Shown: positions 44,729-59,480, counted from the stretch's first letter. The stretch: DNA of 64,000 nt from Pseudomonadota bacterium (GCA_049324475.1 JBMOOO010000016.1:71154-135153), one strand, 5' to 3'. A program made the numbers and translations. Notes: generated from the letters alone by a model not told the origin.

Positions 44729-45348
44729 TCACTGGGCCGCCGGCGGAGCAGCCGCCGGTGCCGTTGTCGGGGATGCCGCTGCAGCCGGAGCGCCTGCAGC
44801 CGGGGCAGTTGCCGTCAGCGGGTTCGAATCAAGATCGATGGTGAGCGAGAACTCGAACTGCTCGCCGTTGGCCGCCACCTTGTTGAGCTGGGGATTCTTG
44901 AGCCAGGGGGAAGAATCCAGGCTCCGCATCAGGTTGGAAACACGGTTATTGGACTCGGCGATGCCGGAAATCTCGAATTTGTCACCACGCTGGATGACTT
45001 CCCGGTAATAGACGCCATCCGGCAACGTGCTTACCAGCTGATCGAACACATGCACGATGACCGGCCGGTTGCCCTGCAGACTCTGGATCACGTTCATCCG
45101 CTCGATCAGGCCATCGCGACGCTTCTGGAGCTCGTCGATCTCCTTGATGTTCTCTTCCATCAGGCCGATCTGCTGTTCGATGTACACATTGCGCTTGTTC
45201 TGGTCTTCCACGGCATTCTTGGCAGTCCACTGCCAGAAGAAAGCCGCCAGTCCCGCTGCCAGGACGACCATGACGAGGACAATCACGAACTCCTGCAGTT
45301 GCTGCTTGCGGAGTTCTTCGCGCCAGGGGAGAAGGTTGATCTTGGCCA

Positions 45349-45349
<1 letters not shown>
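44729..45349 (-). CDS. pilN: type IV pilus assembly protein
   Basis: MAKINLLPWREELRKQ..., single TM. Ala/Pro-rich C-terminal tail. Confidence 0.87.
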
Positions 45350-49005
<3,656 letters not shown>

Positions 49006-49023
49006 TACGCATGCCGCAAACAG

Positions 49024-49049
49024 AAACGCCCGCAGTCGCGGGCGTTTTT
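49024..49049. terminator. bidirectional rho-independent terminator
   Basis: aaacgcccgc-agtc-gcgggcgttttt lies between convergent mrcA and the malic enzyme gene. Confidence 0.85.
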
Positions 49050-49077
49050 GCTTCAGCGCTGCAGCAGCCGGACGCGG

Positions 49078-50355
49078 TCAGATTTCGCCCTTGAAGATGT
49101 CTTCCACCGTCCGCAGCGGGTAGTGCTTCGGATACGGCTTGCGGGCGACCCCCGAGTCCACGGCCGCCTTTGCGACGGCGGCGGACACCACGCCCAGCAG
49201 GCGCGGATCCATCGGCTTGGGAATGATGTAGTCCGGCCCGAATTCCAGCACATCCCCGCCATTGGCATCGCGTACCGACTGCGGCACCGGCTCCTTGGCC
49301 AGGGCGGCAATCGCATGCACCGCCGCGATCTTCATCTCCTCGTTGATCGTGCTGGCACGCACGTCGAGTGCACCGCGGAAGATGTAGGGGAAGCCCAGTA
49401 CGTTGTTGACCTGGTTGGGGTAATCGCTGCGCCCGGTAGCAACAATGATGTCGTCACGGACCTGCCTGGCCTGCTCCGGACGGATCTCCGGGTCGGGATT
49501 GGCCAGCGCAAAAATGACCGGCTTCGGCGCCATGCGGCGCAGCAGCTCCGGACCCAGCAAGTCCGCACTGGAAACTCCGATGAAGACATCGGCGCCTTCC
49601 ATGGCGTCTTCCAGCGTGCGCTTGCCGGTCTTGCGCGCGTAGGCGGCCTTGAACTCGTTGAGGTCGGTACGCTCCGTGTGTATCACACCTTTGCGGTCGA
49701 GCATGAAAATGCGGTCCTTGCTCGCACCCATGCTGACCAGCAGGTTCAGCGAGGCAACACCCGCCGCGCCGGCGCCGATGCAGACGATGTTGATTTCCGA
49801 CATTTGCTTGCCGGACAGCTCCAGCGCATTGAGCAGGCCGGCCGCCAGCACGATAGCCGTACCGTGCTGGTCGTCGTGGAAAACCGGGATGTCGCACTGG
49901 GCCTTGAGTACACGCTCGATCTCGAAGCACTCCGGCGCAGCAATATCTTCCAGGTTGATCCCGCCGAAAGTCGGCGAGATGCGGGCGACGGTATCGATGA
50001 ACGCCTGCGAGCTCTCGGAATTCACCTCGATGTCGAACACGTCGATACCGGCAAAGCGTTTGAACAGGATGCCTTTGCCTTCCATGACCGGCTTGGATGC
50101 CAGTGCACCCAGGTCACCGAGACCCAGGATGGCAGTGCCATCGGAGATAACAGCCACCAGGTTGCCCTTGCTGGTGTAGCGGTAGGCCAGCTCCGGATCG
50201 CGTGCGATCTCGCGCACCGGCTCGGCCACACCCGGCGAATACGCCAGCGTCAGGTCGCGACGCGTGGCCGAAGGCTTGGTGATCTCGACACTGATTTTTC
50301 CGGGCCGGGGCTTCGCGTGGTAGTCGAGCGCGGCCTGCTTCAGATCATCACTCAT
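49078..50355 (-). CDS. maeB: NAD(P)-dependent malic enzyme (short form, no PTA domain)
   Basis: [41 protein letters not shown]. 425 aa. GAGGA RBS. Confidence 0.9.
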   Translation of the reverse strand: MSDDLKQAALDYHAKPRPGKISVEITKPSATRRDLTLAYSPGVAEPVREIARDPELAYRYTSKGNLVAVISDGTAILGLGDLGALASKPVMEGKGILFKRFAGIDVFDIEVNSESSQAFIDTVARISPTFGGINLEDIAAPECFEIERVLKAQCDIPVFHDDQHGTAIVLAAGLLNALELSGKQMSEINIVCIGAGAAGVASLNLLVSMGASKDRIFMLDRKGVIHTERTDLNEFKAAYARKTGKRTLEDAMEGADVFIGVSSADLLGPELLRRMAPKPVIFALANPDPEIRPEQARQVRDDIIVATGRSDYPNQVNNVLGFPYIFRGALDVRASTINEEMKIAAVHAIAALAKEPVPQSVRDANGGDVLEFGPDYIIPKPMDPRLLGVVSAAVAKAAVDSGVARKPYPKHYPLRTVEDIFKGEI

Positions 50356-50457
50356 GGATCGGGTCCTCGTTGCCGCCGGACATGGCCGGCGACATCTCTG
50401 CTGCGTTGTTCATACGGCGCAACGCCCGTTGCGCCGATCGTCACACAAACCAGAGCC

Positions 50458-50493
50458 CCAAAACGAAAGAGCACCCTGTTGGGTGCTCTTTCG
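50458..50493 (-). terminator. rho-independent terminator downstream of rpmE
   Basis: 13-bp stem cgaaagagcaccc / gggtgctctttcg, loop tgtt, followed on the minus strand by TTTT. Confidence 0.85.
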
Positions 50494-50519
50494 GTCGAAT
50501 CGTCGGTCCCGCAGCGGGA

Positions 50520-50735
50520 TCACTTCTTGAGGGAACGAACCCCGAAACGCTGCTTGAACTTGTCGATCCGACCGCCCGTATCCACCACCTTCTGGGTACC
50601 GGTGTAGAACGGATGGCACGCGGAGCACACGTCCACGTGGATGTCCTTGCAGAGCGTCGAACGGGTCTTGATCACGTTGCCGCAGGTGCAGGTTGCCGTG
50701 ATCTCCGCGTATTGCGGATGCGTTTCGGGTTTCAT
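50520..50735 (-). CDS. rpmE: 50S ribosomal protein L31 (Zn-ribbon type A)
   Basis: [20 protein letters not shown]...[11 protein letters not shown]. 71 aa. Confidence 0.97.
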   Translation of the reverse strand: MKPETHPQYAEITATCTCGNVIKTRSTLCKDIHVDVCSACHPFYTGTQKVVDTGGRIDKFKQRFGVRSLKK

Positions 50736-50866
50736 GGGAGTTCTTCCTCGATTTCGCCGCGTCGCCGCCCGGTCGCGCTTTGCAGTTACCCCGGGGGATC
50801 AGCCGCCGGGCACCACGCGTCATTGATTCCAGCCCACCCGGTGGGGTCAGCCGAAAAGGAGGCGGG

Positions 50867-50895
50867 ATGATAGGCAGGGACCCCTGCATTGGCAA
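50867..50895 (-). promoter_or_regulatory. putative rpmE promoter TTGCCA-17-TATCAT
   Basis: Minus strand: -35 (50895-50890) and -10 (50872-50867). Implies a leader of about 125 nt. Confidence 0.45.
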
Positions 50896-50962
50896 GCCCG
50901 GAATACCCCGCATGCTAGACTCGCCGGTCGTTTTCCCCCGCCATTTCCGGTAATCCGCATCC

Positions 50963-53203
50963 GTGTTCCCTGCCGCCCACGTGGTCGTCCGCGTCGCCGT
51001 GCCGTCGCCGCTGCGCCGCCTGTTCGACTATCTGCTGCCGGCTGGCCTGGCCGGCGGCGAGCTGCCCGGCTGCCGGGTGCGGGTGCCCTTCGGCGCCCGG
51101 GAAGTGACCGGTGTCATTCTGGAAGTCGTGGACCGCGCCGACGTACCTCCGGAGAAGCTCAAGCCGGTGCGGGCACGCCTGGATCCGGAGCCGGTCCTGC
51201 CTGCCGATCTGCTGGCCCTGTGTCGCCGGGCCAGTGACTACTACCACCACGCACCGGGGGATGTGCTGGCCACGGCCCTGCCGGTGCTGCTGCGCCAGGG
51301 CGAACCGGCCGGGCGACGGCGGCTGCCGGTCTGGCGGATCACGCCCGGCGGCCTGGCCGCACCGTCCTCAGCCACCGCCCGGTCGGCAAAGCAGGCGGCA
51401 GCCCTGGCCGCGCTGCGCGAACATCCGGACGGCATCCCGCGCCCCCTGCTGGAAGGGCTCGGCATCGAACGCGCCGCACTGACCGCACTGCAGAAAAAAG
51501 GCTTCGCCGTCGAGGAGTCGATCGACATCGCACCGGCCACCCCGGATACCGCAGCACTGCCGCTGCTGGCGGAAGTGCCATTGCCCGCCAACGATGCACA
51601 GGCTGCCGCCATCACCGCGGTCGATGCCGCCGCCGGACGTTTCCGCACCTTCCTGGTGGAAGGCGTCACCGGCAGCGGCAAGACCGAGGTCTACCTGCAA
51701 CTCGCCGCGGCGGCCATCGCGCGCAGGCAACAGGTGCTGATACTGGTGCCGGAAATCGGGCTCACGCCGCAGACGGTCGAACGTTTCCGGCGCCGCTTCA
51801 ACCGGCCGGTAGCTGTCATGCACTCCGGGCTGAATGACCGCGAGCGACTCGACGCCTGGCTGGATGCCGCCGAAGGGCGCGCCGCCATCGTGCTCGGCAC
51901 GCGCTCGGCCGTGTTCGCGCCGCTGAAGGCGCCGGGGCTGATCATCGTCGACGAGGAGCACGACGCTTCCTACAAACAGCAGGACAGCTTCCGCTACCAT
52001 GCGCGCGATCTCGCCGTGCTGCGCGGCCAGCTGGCCGGTGTCCCGGTACTGCTGGGCAGCGCCACGCCTTCGCTGGAAAGCATCCACAACGCGCAGACCG
52101 GCAAATTCACGCTGCTGCGCCTGCCGGCACGCGCCGGCACCGCTGTCACGCCACGCATGCAGGTGGTCGACATCCGCAAGCGCCGGCTGACGGAAGGCCT
52201 GAGCGATCTGCTGCTGGACGACATGAAAGCCACGCTGGCGCGCGGCGAGCAGGTGTTGCTGTTTCTCAATCGCCGCGGCTTCGCGCCGGTGCTGGTCTGC
52301 CATGACTGCGGCTGGACCGCCGACTGTCGCCGCTGCGATGCCCGCTACACCCTGCATCTCGATCCACGCCATCTGCACTGCCATCACTGTGGCAGCGAGG
52401 CATCGATTCCGCGCACCTGCCCGAAGTGCGGCGGCACCGATCTGGTCGCCGTCGGGCTCGGCACAGAGCGCATCGAACAGGCACTGGCGACCCTGCTGCC
52501 GAAAGGCACGCCCGTGCTGCGCATCGACAGCGACAGCACGCGACGCCGCCACGCCCTGGGCAATCTGTTCGCGCGCGTGCAGGCCGGTGAACCGCTGGTG
52601 CTGGTAGGGACGCAGATGCTGGCCAAGGGCCATCACTTCCCGCATGTCACCCTGGTCGGTGTGCTGGATGCCGACAGCGGCCTGTTGAGTGCGGATTTCC
52701 GTGCCGGCGAACGCCTGGCACAGGTGCTGGTGCAGGTAGCCGGCCGGGCCGGGCGTGCACAGCATCCCGGGCGCGTGCTGATCCAGACCCGGCAACCGGA
52801 TCACCCGCTGCTGGTGCGCCTGCTGGCCTCCGGCTACGACGCCTGGGCACGCGAAACCCTGCTGGAGCGCGCCGAAGCCGGGTTGCCGCCGGCCGGCATG
52901 CTGGCCCTGCTGCGCGCAGAGGCCGGACGGGAAACCACGGCACTGGACTGGCTGGAAAACGTGAAAAGCGGGGCTGCCCGCCTGCTGGCCAACCCCGACA
53001 ACGGGGATGTCCTGCTGATGGGCCCGGCACCGGCACCCATGGCGCGCCGCGGCGGCCGTTACCGGGCCCAGCTGCTGGTGCAGTCGAACAGCCGGAGCGG
53101 CCTGCACCGCTTCCTGGCCCGTCTGGTGCCCGCCGTGGAAGCCGATCCGGAATCGCGCCGGGTACGCTGGTCGCTGGATGTCGATCCGCAGGATCTGTAC
53201 TGA
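50963..53203 (+). CDS. priA: primosomal replication protein N' (PriA helicase)
   Basis: GTG start. VAVPSPLRRLFDYLLP, GVTGSGKTEVY, DEEHD. Cys-rich zinc insertion CHDCGWTADCRRCDARYTLH...CHHCG...CPKCG. Confidence 0.93.
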   Translation: MFPAAHVVVRVAVPSPLRRLFDYLLPAGLAGGELPGCRVRVPFGAREVTGVILEVVDRADVPPEKLKPVRARLDPEPVLPADLLALCRRASDYYHHAPGDVLATALPVLLRQGEPAGRRRLPVWRITPGGLAAPSSATARSAKQAAALAALREHPDGIPRPLLEGLGIERAALTALQKKGFAVEESIDIAPATPDTAALPLLAEVPLPANDAQAAAITAVDAAAGRFRTFLVEGVTGSGKTEVYLQLAAAAIARRQQVLILVPEIGLTPQTVERFRRRFNRPVAVMHSGLNDRERLDAWLDAAEGRAAIVLGTRSAVFAPLKAPGLIIVDEEHDASYKQQDSFRYHARDLAVLRGQLAGVPVLLGSATPSLESIHNAQTGKFTLLRLPARAGTAVTPRMQVVDIRKRRLTEGLSDLLLDDMKATLARGEQVLLFLNRRGFAPVLVCHDCGWTADCRRCDARYTLHLDPRHLHCHHCGSEASIPRTCPKCGGTDLVAVGLGTERIEQALATLLPKGTPVLRIDSDSTRRRHALGNLFARVQAGEPLVLVGTQMLAKGHHFPHVTLVGVLDADSGLLSADFRAGERLAQVLVQVAGRAGRAQHPGRVLIQTRQPDHPLLVRLLASGYDAWARETLLERAEAGLPPAGMLALLRAEAGRETTALDWLENVKSGAARLLANPDNGDVLLMGPAPAPMARRGGRYRAQLLVQSNSRSGLHRFLARLVPAVEADPESRRVRWSLDVDPQDLY

Positions 53204-53250
53204 ACGCACGCGGCCCGGGCTTCCCCCCTGAAGGCGCCGCGCCGCTGCAG

Positions 53251-53256
53251 TAGAAT
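53251..53256 (+). promoter_or_regulatory. possible -10 TAGAAT upstream of argS
   Basis: TAGAAT + CGCGGC discriminator, 74 nt upstream of ATG 53330. The identical 12-mer occurs at 60714. Confidence 0.3.
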
Positions 53257-53329
53257 CGCGGCTCCCGCCACGACCGGCACCCTGCACCACCGGCCGCCCG
53301 TCTCCCGCCAGGCACACCAGCTTCCGTTG

Positions 53330-55090
53330 ATGAAAAACGAACTCGCACAACTGCTCGCCGCCGCCCTTGCACGCCTGACCGCCGAAGGCCTGTTGCCGCC
53401 CGGCACGCAGCCGGACATCCGGCTGGATGCCACCCGGGACAAGACCCACGGCGATTTCGCCAGCAACCTCGCCATGATGCTGGCCAAGCCGGCCGGCAAG
53501 GCGCCGCGCGCCATCGCCGAAGCGCTGATCAAGGCACTGCCCGACAACGCCATCGTCGCGAAGGTGGAAATCGCCGGCCCCGGCTTCATCAATTTCTTTT
53601 TGGCACAGGACAGCCAGTTCGCGGCCGTGCGGCGCATCCTCGACAACTTCGAGGGCTTCGCCCGGCCCGACGTCGGCAAGGGCGAAAAAGTGTTGCTCGA
53701 GTACGTGTCCGCCAACCCGACCGGCCCGATGCACGTCGGTCACGGCCGCGGCGCGGCATTCGGTTCCGCGCTGGCCAACGTGCTGGCCGCCACCGGTCAC
53801 GTGGTGCATCGCGAGTACTACATCAATGATTACGGTCGTCAGACCGATGTACTGGCAGTGAGCCTGTGGCTGCGCTACCTGGAACAGTTCGGCGCACCGG
53901 TGCGCATTCCCTCACGTGCCTACCCCGGCGCCTATGTCAGCGAATGTGCGCATCGCCTGGCCAGCGAGTTCGGTGAACGGTTCCGCAGGCACTATGCCGA
54001 TGTGCTGACGGGCCTCCCCCCCGATTCCGACCAGGACGGCGACGAAGCGAAGAAGATCAAGGAAGATCACCTCGATGCGCTGATCGAACGAACGAAAGGC
54101 ATGCTGGGCGACGACTATCGCGTGCTGCAGCAGTTCGGCCTGGACGAGCAGCTGCGCGCCATCCGCACCACACTGGCCGCACTCAACGTCGAATTCGACG
54201 TGTTCTTCTCCGAACGCCTGCTGGTGGAAAGCGGCGCCGTGGACAAGGCCATGCAGCGGTTGCGCGAGGCCGGCCACGCCTACGAGAAGGACGGAGCACT
54301 GTGGCTGCGCACCACGGCCCATGGCGACGAGAAAGACCGTGTGCTCATGCGCGACGACGGCTCCTTTACCTATTTCGCATCGGACGTGGCCTACCACCTC
54401 GACAAGCTGGAGCGCGGTTTCGACAGCCTGGTCGATGTCTGGGGAGCGGACCACCATGGCTACATCGCCCGTGTGCGCAGCGCCATTGAATACCTGTCAG
54501 GCAAGGGCGACCGCTTCCATGTGGCGCTGATCCAGTTCGTGACGCTGGCCTCCGGCCGCATGGGCAAACGCAGCGGCAACTTCGTCACCCTGCAGGATCT
54601 GGTCGAGGAAGCCGGCGCCGACGCCACCCGCTTCTTCTACCTGACGCGCTCGTCGGACCAGCACCTGGAATTCGACATCGACCTCGCGCGCTCACAGAGC
54701 AATGAAAATCCGGTGTACTACCTGCAGTACGCACACGCCCGCGTGCGCAGCATGTTCCGCACGCTCGGCGAGCGTGGCTGGCAGTACGACGCACAGGCCG
54801 GGATCGCGGCACTGGCCAGCCTGCCCGAGCCGGCCGCGGCCGACCTCGCCCGCCGGCTCGGCCAATGGCCGGAGGCGCTGGCCAGTGCGGCGCGCAACCG
54901 CACACCGCACACGCTCACGCACTGGCTGCGCGAGCTGGCGCACGAATTCCACAGTTACTACAACGCCCACAAGGTGCTGGTCGACGATGCCGGCGAACGG
55001 AACGCCCGTCTGGCACTGAGTGAAGCCGTGCGCTGCGTCATCGCCGATGGCCTGACCCTGCTGGGCGTGAGCGCACCGGACAGCATGTGA
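53330..55090 (+). CDS. argS: arginine--tRNA ligase
   Basis: Track start 53327 is TTG; the adjacent ATG 53330 was used. SANPTGPMHVGHGR (HIGH) and a KMSK-like GRMGKRSG. Confidence 0.97.
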   Translation: MKNELAQLLAAALARLTAEGLLPPGTQPDIRLDATRDKTHGDFASNLAMMLAKPAGKAPRAIAEALIKALPDNAIVAKVEIAGPGFINFFLAQDSQFAAVRRILDNFEGFARPDVGKGEKVLLEYVSANPTGPMHVGHGRGAAFGSALANVLAATGHVVHREYYINDYGRQTDVLAVSLWLRYLEQFGAPVRIPSRAYPGAYVSECAHRLASEFGERFRRHYADVLTGLPPDSDQDGDEAKKIKEDHLDALIERTKGMLGDDYRVLQQFGLDEQLRAIRTTLAALNVEFDVFFSERLLVESGAVDKAMQRLREAGHAYEKDGALWLRTTAHGDEKDRVLMRDDGSFTYFASDVAYHLDKLERGFDSLVDVWGADHHGYIARVRSAIEYLSGKGDRFHVALIQFVTLASGRMGKRSGNFVTLQDLVEEAGADATRFFYLTRSSDQHLEFDIDLARSQSNENPVYYLQYAHARVRSMFRTLGERGWQYDAQAGIAALASLPEPAAADLARRLGQWPEALASAARNRTPHTLTHWLRELAHEFHSYYNAHKVLVDDAGERNARLALSEAVRCVIADGLTLLGVSAPDSM

Positions 55091-55111
55091 AGCGGACAGG
55101 AAGCTGACGAC

Positions 55112-55756
55112 ATGGCACGCAACAACGGCAAATCACGCGGCGCACAACCGCGGCAATCCGGCAGCGGCGGCGGCAAGCGCTGGCCGATCTTCGTCGCCGG
55201 CCTCTTCACCGGCCTGGTGCTGGCCGGCGGTGTCTATCTGCTGCAGATCCTGCCCACCGCCATGGAGCTGCGTGAACGCGCGCTGGCCCAGGAAAAGGAA
55301 CTCGCCAGCCAGGCGGCCGGCAAGCCGGTCGCCGCCGCGGGCAAGGAGGCCCGGCCGGACAGCGAGAAACCGATCAAGTTCGATTTCTACACGTTGCTGC
55401 CGCAACAGGAAGTGGTGGCGCCGGTGAACGGTAACAAGACCACCGTGGCCACGCCGCCGCCGATCCCGCCCGGTGCCACCGGCAAACCGCCCGCGGCGAC
55501 GGCTTCCACATCGTCCGGCGGTGGCCGGTTCCTGCTGCAGGCCGGCTCGTTCCGCACCCGCGCCGAAGCCGATCGCCGGCGCGCGGAACTGGTGCTCGGC
55601 GGCCACGCGGTCAGCGTGCAGGATGTAAAACTGGGCAATGGCGAAACCTGGTTCCGGGTCATGGTCGGCCCGTTCGCCGACGAGCCCGCCATGCAGTCCG
55701 CACGCCAGCAACTGGCCGGCCTGAAAGTGGAAACACTGCCGATCCGGCTCAAGTAG
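55112..55756 (+). CDS. SPOR domain-containing protein (FtsN-like)
   Basis: Basic N-terminus, one TM, a Pro-rich linker, and a C-terminal SPOR (FLLQAGSFRTRAEADRRRAEL...WFRVMVGPFADEPAMQSARQQL). AGGAAG RBS. Confidence 0.78.
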   Translation: MARNNGKSRGAQPRQSGSGGGKRWPIFVAGLFTGLVLAGGVYLLQILPTAMELRERALAQEKELASQAAGKPVAAAGKEARPDSEKPIKFDFYTLLPQQEVVAPVNGNKTTVATPPPIPPGATGKPPAATASTSSGGGRFLLQAGSFRTRAEADRRRAELVLGGHAVSVQDVKLGNGETWFRVMVGPFADEPAMQSARQQLAGLKVETLPIRLK

Positions 55757-55861
55757 GAGCGCCTCCGGGCGCGACTGGCCACATCGCATTCCACCCGCCG
55801 CCGCCCGGTTGAAAAGCCGTGCGGCGGACCCCACATACCCGGCTCCCTTCCGGAGGCATGC

Positions 55862-56404
55862 ATGGAACAGATGCACGGCACCACCATTCTTTCCGTTCGC
55901 CGCGGCAGCCATGTCGTGATCGGCGGCGACGGCCAGGTCACGCTCGGCAACACCGTGATGAAAGGCAATGCCCGCAAGGTGCGCCGGCTCTACAACGGCA
56001 AGGTGCTGGCCGGGTTCGCCGGCGGCACCGCCGACGCCTTCACCCTGTTTGAACGCTTCGAGGCAAAGCTCGAGAAGCACCAGGGCAATCTCACCCGTGC
56101 CGCCGTCGAACTGGCCAAGGACTGGCGCACCGACCGCATGCTGCGCCGGCTGGAGGCCTTGCTGTCAGTGGCTGACAACACCGCCTCGCTGATCATCACC
56201 GGCAACGGCGACGTGATCGAACCGGAACACGACGTGATCGCCATCGGCTCGGGCGGCCCGTTCGCGCAGGCCGCCGCACTGGCGCTGATCCAGAACACAC
56301 AGCTGGATGCCCGCACCATTGTCGAACGCGCACTGGAAATAGCCGGCGATATCTGCATCTACACCAACCGCAACTTCACCATCGAAGAGCTCGGGAACGC
56401 CTGA
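55862..56404 (+). CDS. hslV: ATP-dependent protease subunit HslV
   Basis: [39 protein letters not shown] is near-identical in pattern to E. coli HslV. GGAGG 5 nt upstream. Confidence 0.95.
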   Translation: MEQMHGTTILSVRRGSHVVIGGDGQVTLGNTVMKGNARKVRRLYNGKVLAGFAGGTADAFTLFERFEAKLEKHQGNLTRAAVELAKDWRTDRMLRRLEALLSVADNTASLIITGNGDVIEPEHDVIAIGSGGPFAQAAALALIQNTQLDARTIVERALEIAGDICIYTNRNFTIEELGNA

Positions 56405-56406
56405 CC

Positions 56407-57750
56407 ATGACCAGCATGACCCCGCGCGAAATCGTGCACGAGCTCGACCGCCATATCGTCGGCCAGCAAGCCGCCAAACGCGCGGTCGCCGTGGCTTTGC
56501 GCAACCGCTGGCGCCGCATGCAGCTGCCGGAAGAGCTGCGTCACGAAGTAGTGCCGAAGAACATCCTGATGATCGGGCCGACCGGTGTCGGCAAGACCGA
56601 GATCGCGCGACGGCTGGCCAAGCTGGCCAATGCCCCGTTCATCAAGGTTGAGGCCACCAAGTTCACCGAGGTCGGCTACGTCGGACGCGATGTGGAGACC
56701 ATCGTGCGCGATCTGGTGGAGGTAGCCATCAAGATGCAGCGCGAGCAGCGCATGACGGAGTCACGCTTGAAGGCCGAGGAGGCCGCCGAGGAGCGCCTGC
56801 TGGACGCCTTGCTGCGTCCGGCCCGCGACGATTTCGCCGGCCAGCAGCAGCAACCGGCCGATTCCGCCACCCGCAACCTGTTCCGGCGCAAGCTGCGCGC
56901 CGGCGAGATGGACGATCGCGAGATCGAGATCGAGATCGCGCAGGCCCAGGTTGGCGTGAACATCATGGCGCCACCCGGCCTGGAAGACATGACCAGCCAG
57001 CTGCAGAACATGTTTTCGGCGCTCGGCCGTGACCGGAAGAAAACCCAGCGACTGAAAGTGAAGGAAGCCCTGCGCCTGCTGCGTGACGAAGAAGCCGCGA
57101 AGCTGGTGAACGACGACGACCTGAAAGCAGACGCAGTCCGCGCCGCCGAGCAGACCGGCATCGTCTTCATCGACGAAATCGACAAGGTCTGCCGGCGCGG
57201 CGAGATGTCCGGCGCCGACGTGTCGCGCGAGGGCGTGCAACGCGACCTGCTGCCGCTGATCGAGGGCAGCTCGGTCAACACCAAATACGGCACGGTGAAA
57301 ACAGACCACGTGCTGTTCATCTGCTCCGGCGCTTTCCATCTGGCAAAACCGTCCGACCTGATTCCGGAGCTGCAGGGCCGCCTGCCGATCCGCGTCGAGC
57401 TGGATGCACTGAGCGCTGACGATTTCGTCCGCATCCTCACAGAACCCAACGCTTCGCTGACCCTCCAGTACCGCGAACTGCTGGCCACGGAAGGGCTGAA
57501 AGTGGAATTCTCGGACGACGGTATCCGCCGGCTGGCCGCCGTGGCCCACACCGTCAACGAGCGTACGGAAAACATCGGCGCGCGACGCCTGCACACCGTA
57601 CTGGAGAAATTGCTGGAGGAGATTTCCTTCGACGCCGGCGATGTCGCCCTGCGCCAGGACGGCAAACCGCTCGTGATCGATGCGGCACACGTGGACCGCG
57701 TACTGGGCGAAGTGGCGAAGGACGAAGACCTGTCGCGCTACATTCTGTAG
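56407..57750 (+). CDS. hslU: ATP-dependent protease ATPase subunit HslU
   Basis: [43 protein letters not shown]. Confidence 0.97.
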   Translation: MTSMTPREIVHELDRHIVGQQAAKRAVAVALRNRWRRMQLPEELRHEVVPKNILMIGPTGVGKTEIARRLAKLANAPFIKVEATKFTEVGYVGRDVETIVRDLVEVAIKMQREQRMTESRLKAEEAAEERLLDALLRPARDDFAGQQQQPADSATRNLFRRKLRAGEMDDREIEIEIAQAQVGVNIMAPPGLEDMTSQLQNMFSALGRDRKKTQRLKVKEALRLLRDEEAAKLVNDDDLKADAVRAAEQTGIVFIDEIDKVCRRGEMSGADVSREGVQRDLLPLIEGSSVNTKYGTVKTDHVLFICSGAFHLAKPSDLIPELQGRLPIRVELDALSADDFVRILTEPNASLTLQYRELLATEGLKVEFSDDGIRRLAAVAHTVNERTENIGARRLHTVLEKLLEEISFDAGDVALRQDGKPLVIDAAHVDRVLGEVAKDEDLSRYIL

Positions 57751-57762
57751 AAGCCCGCCTGC

Positions 57763-57788
57763 GGGTGGCTGCGCACTGCAGCGCACCC
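57763..57788. terminator. GC-rich hairpin between convergent hslU and purK (no T-run)
   Basis: gggtg-gctgc-gcact-gcagc-g-caccc. Imperfect stem and no U-tract on either side. Confidence 0.3.
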
Positions 57789-57802
57789 TCCGGGAGGCCC
57801 CC

Positions 57803-58879
57803 CTACGGATTCGCCAGCAATTGCTCCACGCGCGCGATGCGTGCGGCATCGGGTTGTTGCAGCGTGACATGACCGATCTTGCGGCCGGCACGCTCGGCCT
57901 TGCCGTAGTCATGCACGGCCAGACCGGGAATGGCCAGCAAGGCCGCGCGATCCGGCCATGCGCCGAGCACGTTCCAGGTGATCACCGGCACGCGCAGCGC
58001 GGTATCGCCCAGCGGCAGGCCCGACACGGCGCGCACGTGGTTCTCGAACTGGCTGGTGAGCGCCCCTTCGATGGTCCAGTGCCCGCTGTTGTGCACGCGC
58101 GGTGCGAATTCGTTGATCAGGATGCCGGCGCCGGTGCGGAAGAACTCCACCGCCAGCACGCCGCGATAATCCAGCGACTGCATCAGCGTGTGCAGGCAAC
58201 GCCGGGCCTCGGCAATTTCCGCCGCCGGCAGCATACCGGCCACATCCGGTTCGGTGCGCACCAGAATGCCGTCACGGTGCACGTTGATCGACGGTGTCCA
58301 GAAGCGCACCTCGCCATCGGCAGCGCGCACAGCCACCTGGGAGAACTCGCCGCGGAAATCGATTTCCGCTTCCACCGTCCAGGGTGCCGCCTCGGCGGGA
58401 ACCGCAGCGATATCCGCCGGCGACGCCACCTTCCACTGACCGCGGCCGTCATAGCCGCCGCTGGCCGCCTTCACGCGGCAGGGAAACGCCACCGCGCTGC
58501 AGGCAGCCGCCAGTTCCGCGTGCGTTGCCGCCTGTGCCCAGCGCGGCTGCGGCAGATCCAGTGCCGCCAGGTGCTCGCGCTCGCGGCGCCGGTCGCGCTT
58601 CAGATCCAGCGCCCGTGGTGTCGGCCACAACGGCACATGCTGCATGACGTCGGCGAAGATCGCCGGATCGATGGTTTCGATTTCGGTGGTGGCCGCATCC
58701 AGTCCCCGGGCAAAACGGGCCAGCTGCTGCGGGTCCTGCTGGGCAAAACGGTCGGAAAAATCCAGCAGCGCGGCATCGTCCTTCGGTACCAGGAAACGGC
58801 AGCGGACGCCGAGCGGGATTGCGGAAAGCGCGAGCATGCGGCCAAGCTGGCCGCCACCGATGATGCCAAGGGTTTTCAT
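57803..58879 (-). CDS. purK: 5-(carboxyamino)imidazole ribonucleotide synthase
   Basis: ORF trimmed to ATG 58879 (MKTLGIIGGGQLGRML). ATP-grasp body. 10 nt after purE. Confidence 0.92.
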   Translation of the reverse strand: MKTLGIIGGGQLGRMLALSAIPLGVRCRFLVPKDDAALLDFSDRFAQQDPQQLARFARGLDAATTEIETIDPAIFADVMQHVPLWPTPRALDLKRDRRREREHLAALDLPQPRWAQAATHAELAAACSAVAFPCRVKAASGGYDGRGQWKVASPADIAAVPAEAAPWTVEAEIDFRGEFSQVAVRAADGEVRFWTPSINVHRDGILVRTEPDVAGMLPAAEIAEARRCLHTLMQSLDYRGVLAVEFFRTGAGILINEFAPRVHNSGHWTIEGALTSQFENHVRAVSGLPLGDTALRVPVITWNVLGAWPDRAALLAIPGLAVHDYGKAERAGRKIGHVTLQQPDAARIARVEQLLANP

Positions 58880-58889
58880 TGCAGCGCGT

Positions 58890-59408
58890 TCAGGATTTTT
58901 CCGGCAGACGGGGGTCGTCGCTGGCCAGCACCTTGTCGGTCTGGCGCTGGCGCCAGTCATGGATCTTTTTCAGCAGTGCCGCGTCGCCGGCAGCCAGCGC
59001 CTGCGCAGCGAACAGTGCCGCATTGATGGCGCCGCTCTTGCCGATGGCGAAAGTGGCTACCGGCACGCCACCCGGCATCTGCACGATGGAGAGCAGCGAA
59101 TCGAGGCCGTTCAGGTTGGTGGACGGCACCGGCACGCCCAGCACCGGCACCGGGGTTTTCGCGGCGATCATGCCCGGCAGGTGCGCAGCACCACCGGCGC
59201 CGGCAATCACGAAGCGCAGGCCGCGCGCTTCCGCCTGCGCACCGAATTCGAACAGGCGGTCCGGCGTGCGGTGCGCGGAAACCACCTTCGCCTCATGCGG
59301 CACACCGAGTGTCTCCAGCGTTTCCACGGCATGCCGCATGGTTTCCCAGTCACTGCGGGAACCCATCACCACGGCAACCAGCGGTGCGGACGACTTGTTC
59401 TGACTCAT
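58890..59408 (-). CDS. purE: 5-(carboxyamino)imidazole ribonucleotide mutase
   Basis: [33 protein letters not shown]. Confidence 0.95.
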   Translation of the reverse strand: MSQNKSSAPLVAVVMGSRSDWETMRHAVETLETLGVPHEAKVVSAHRTPDRLFEFGAQAEARGLRFVIAGAGGAAHLPGMIAAKTPVPVLGVPVPSTNLNGLDSLLSIVQMPGGVPVATFAIGKSGAINAALFAAQALAAGDAALLKKIHDWRQRQTDKVLASDDPRLPEKS

Positions 59409-59480
59409 CGGACCTGATCTCCGGATCGACCGGCCGCAGGCCCGGCGGGCATGGCGGCAGACGGGGCAGTTTACCCGGCG

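Noticed and set aside
51368-53809. 813-aa minus-strand ORF
   Set aside because: It is antisense to priA and the argS 5' end. Shadow frame.
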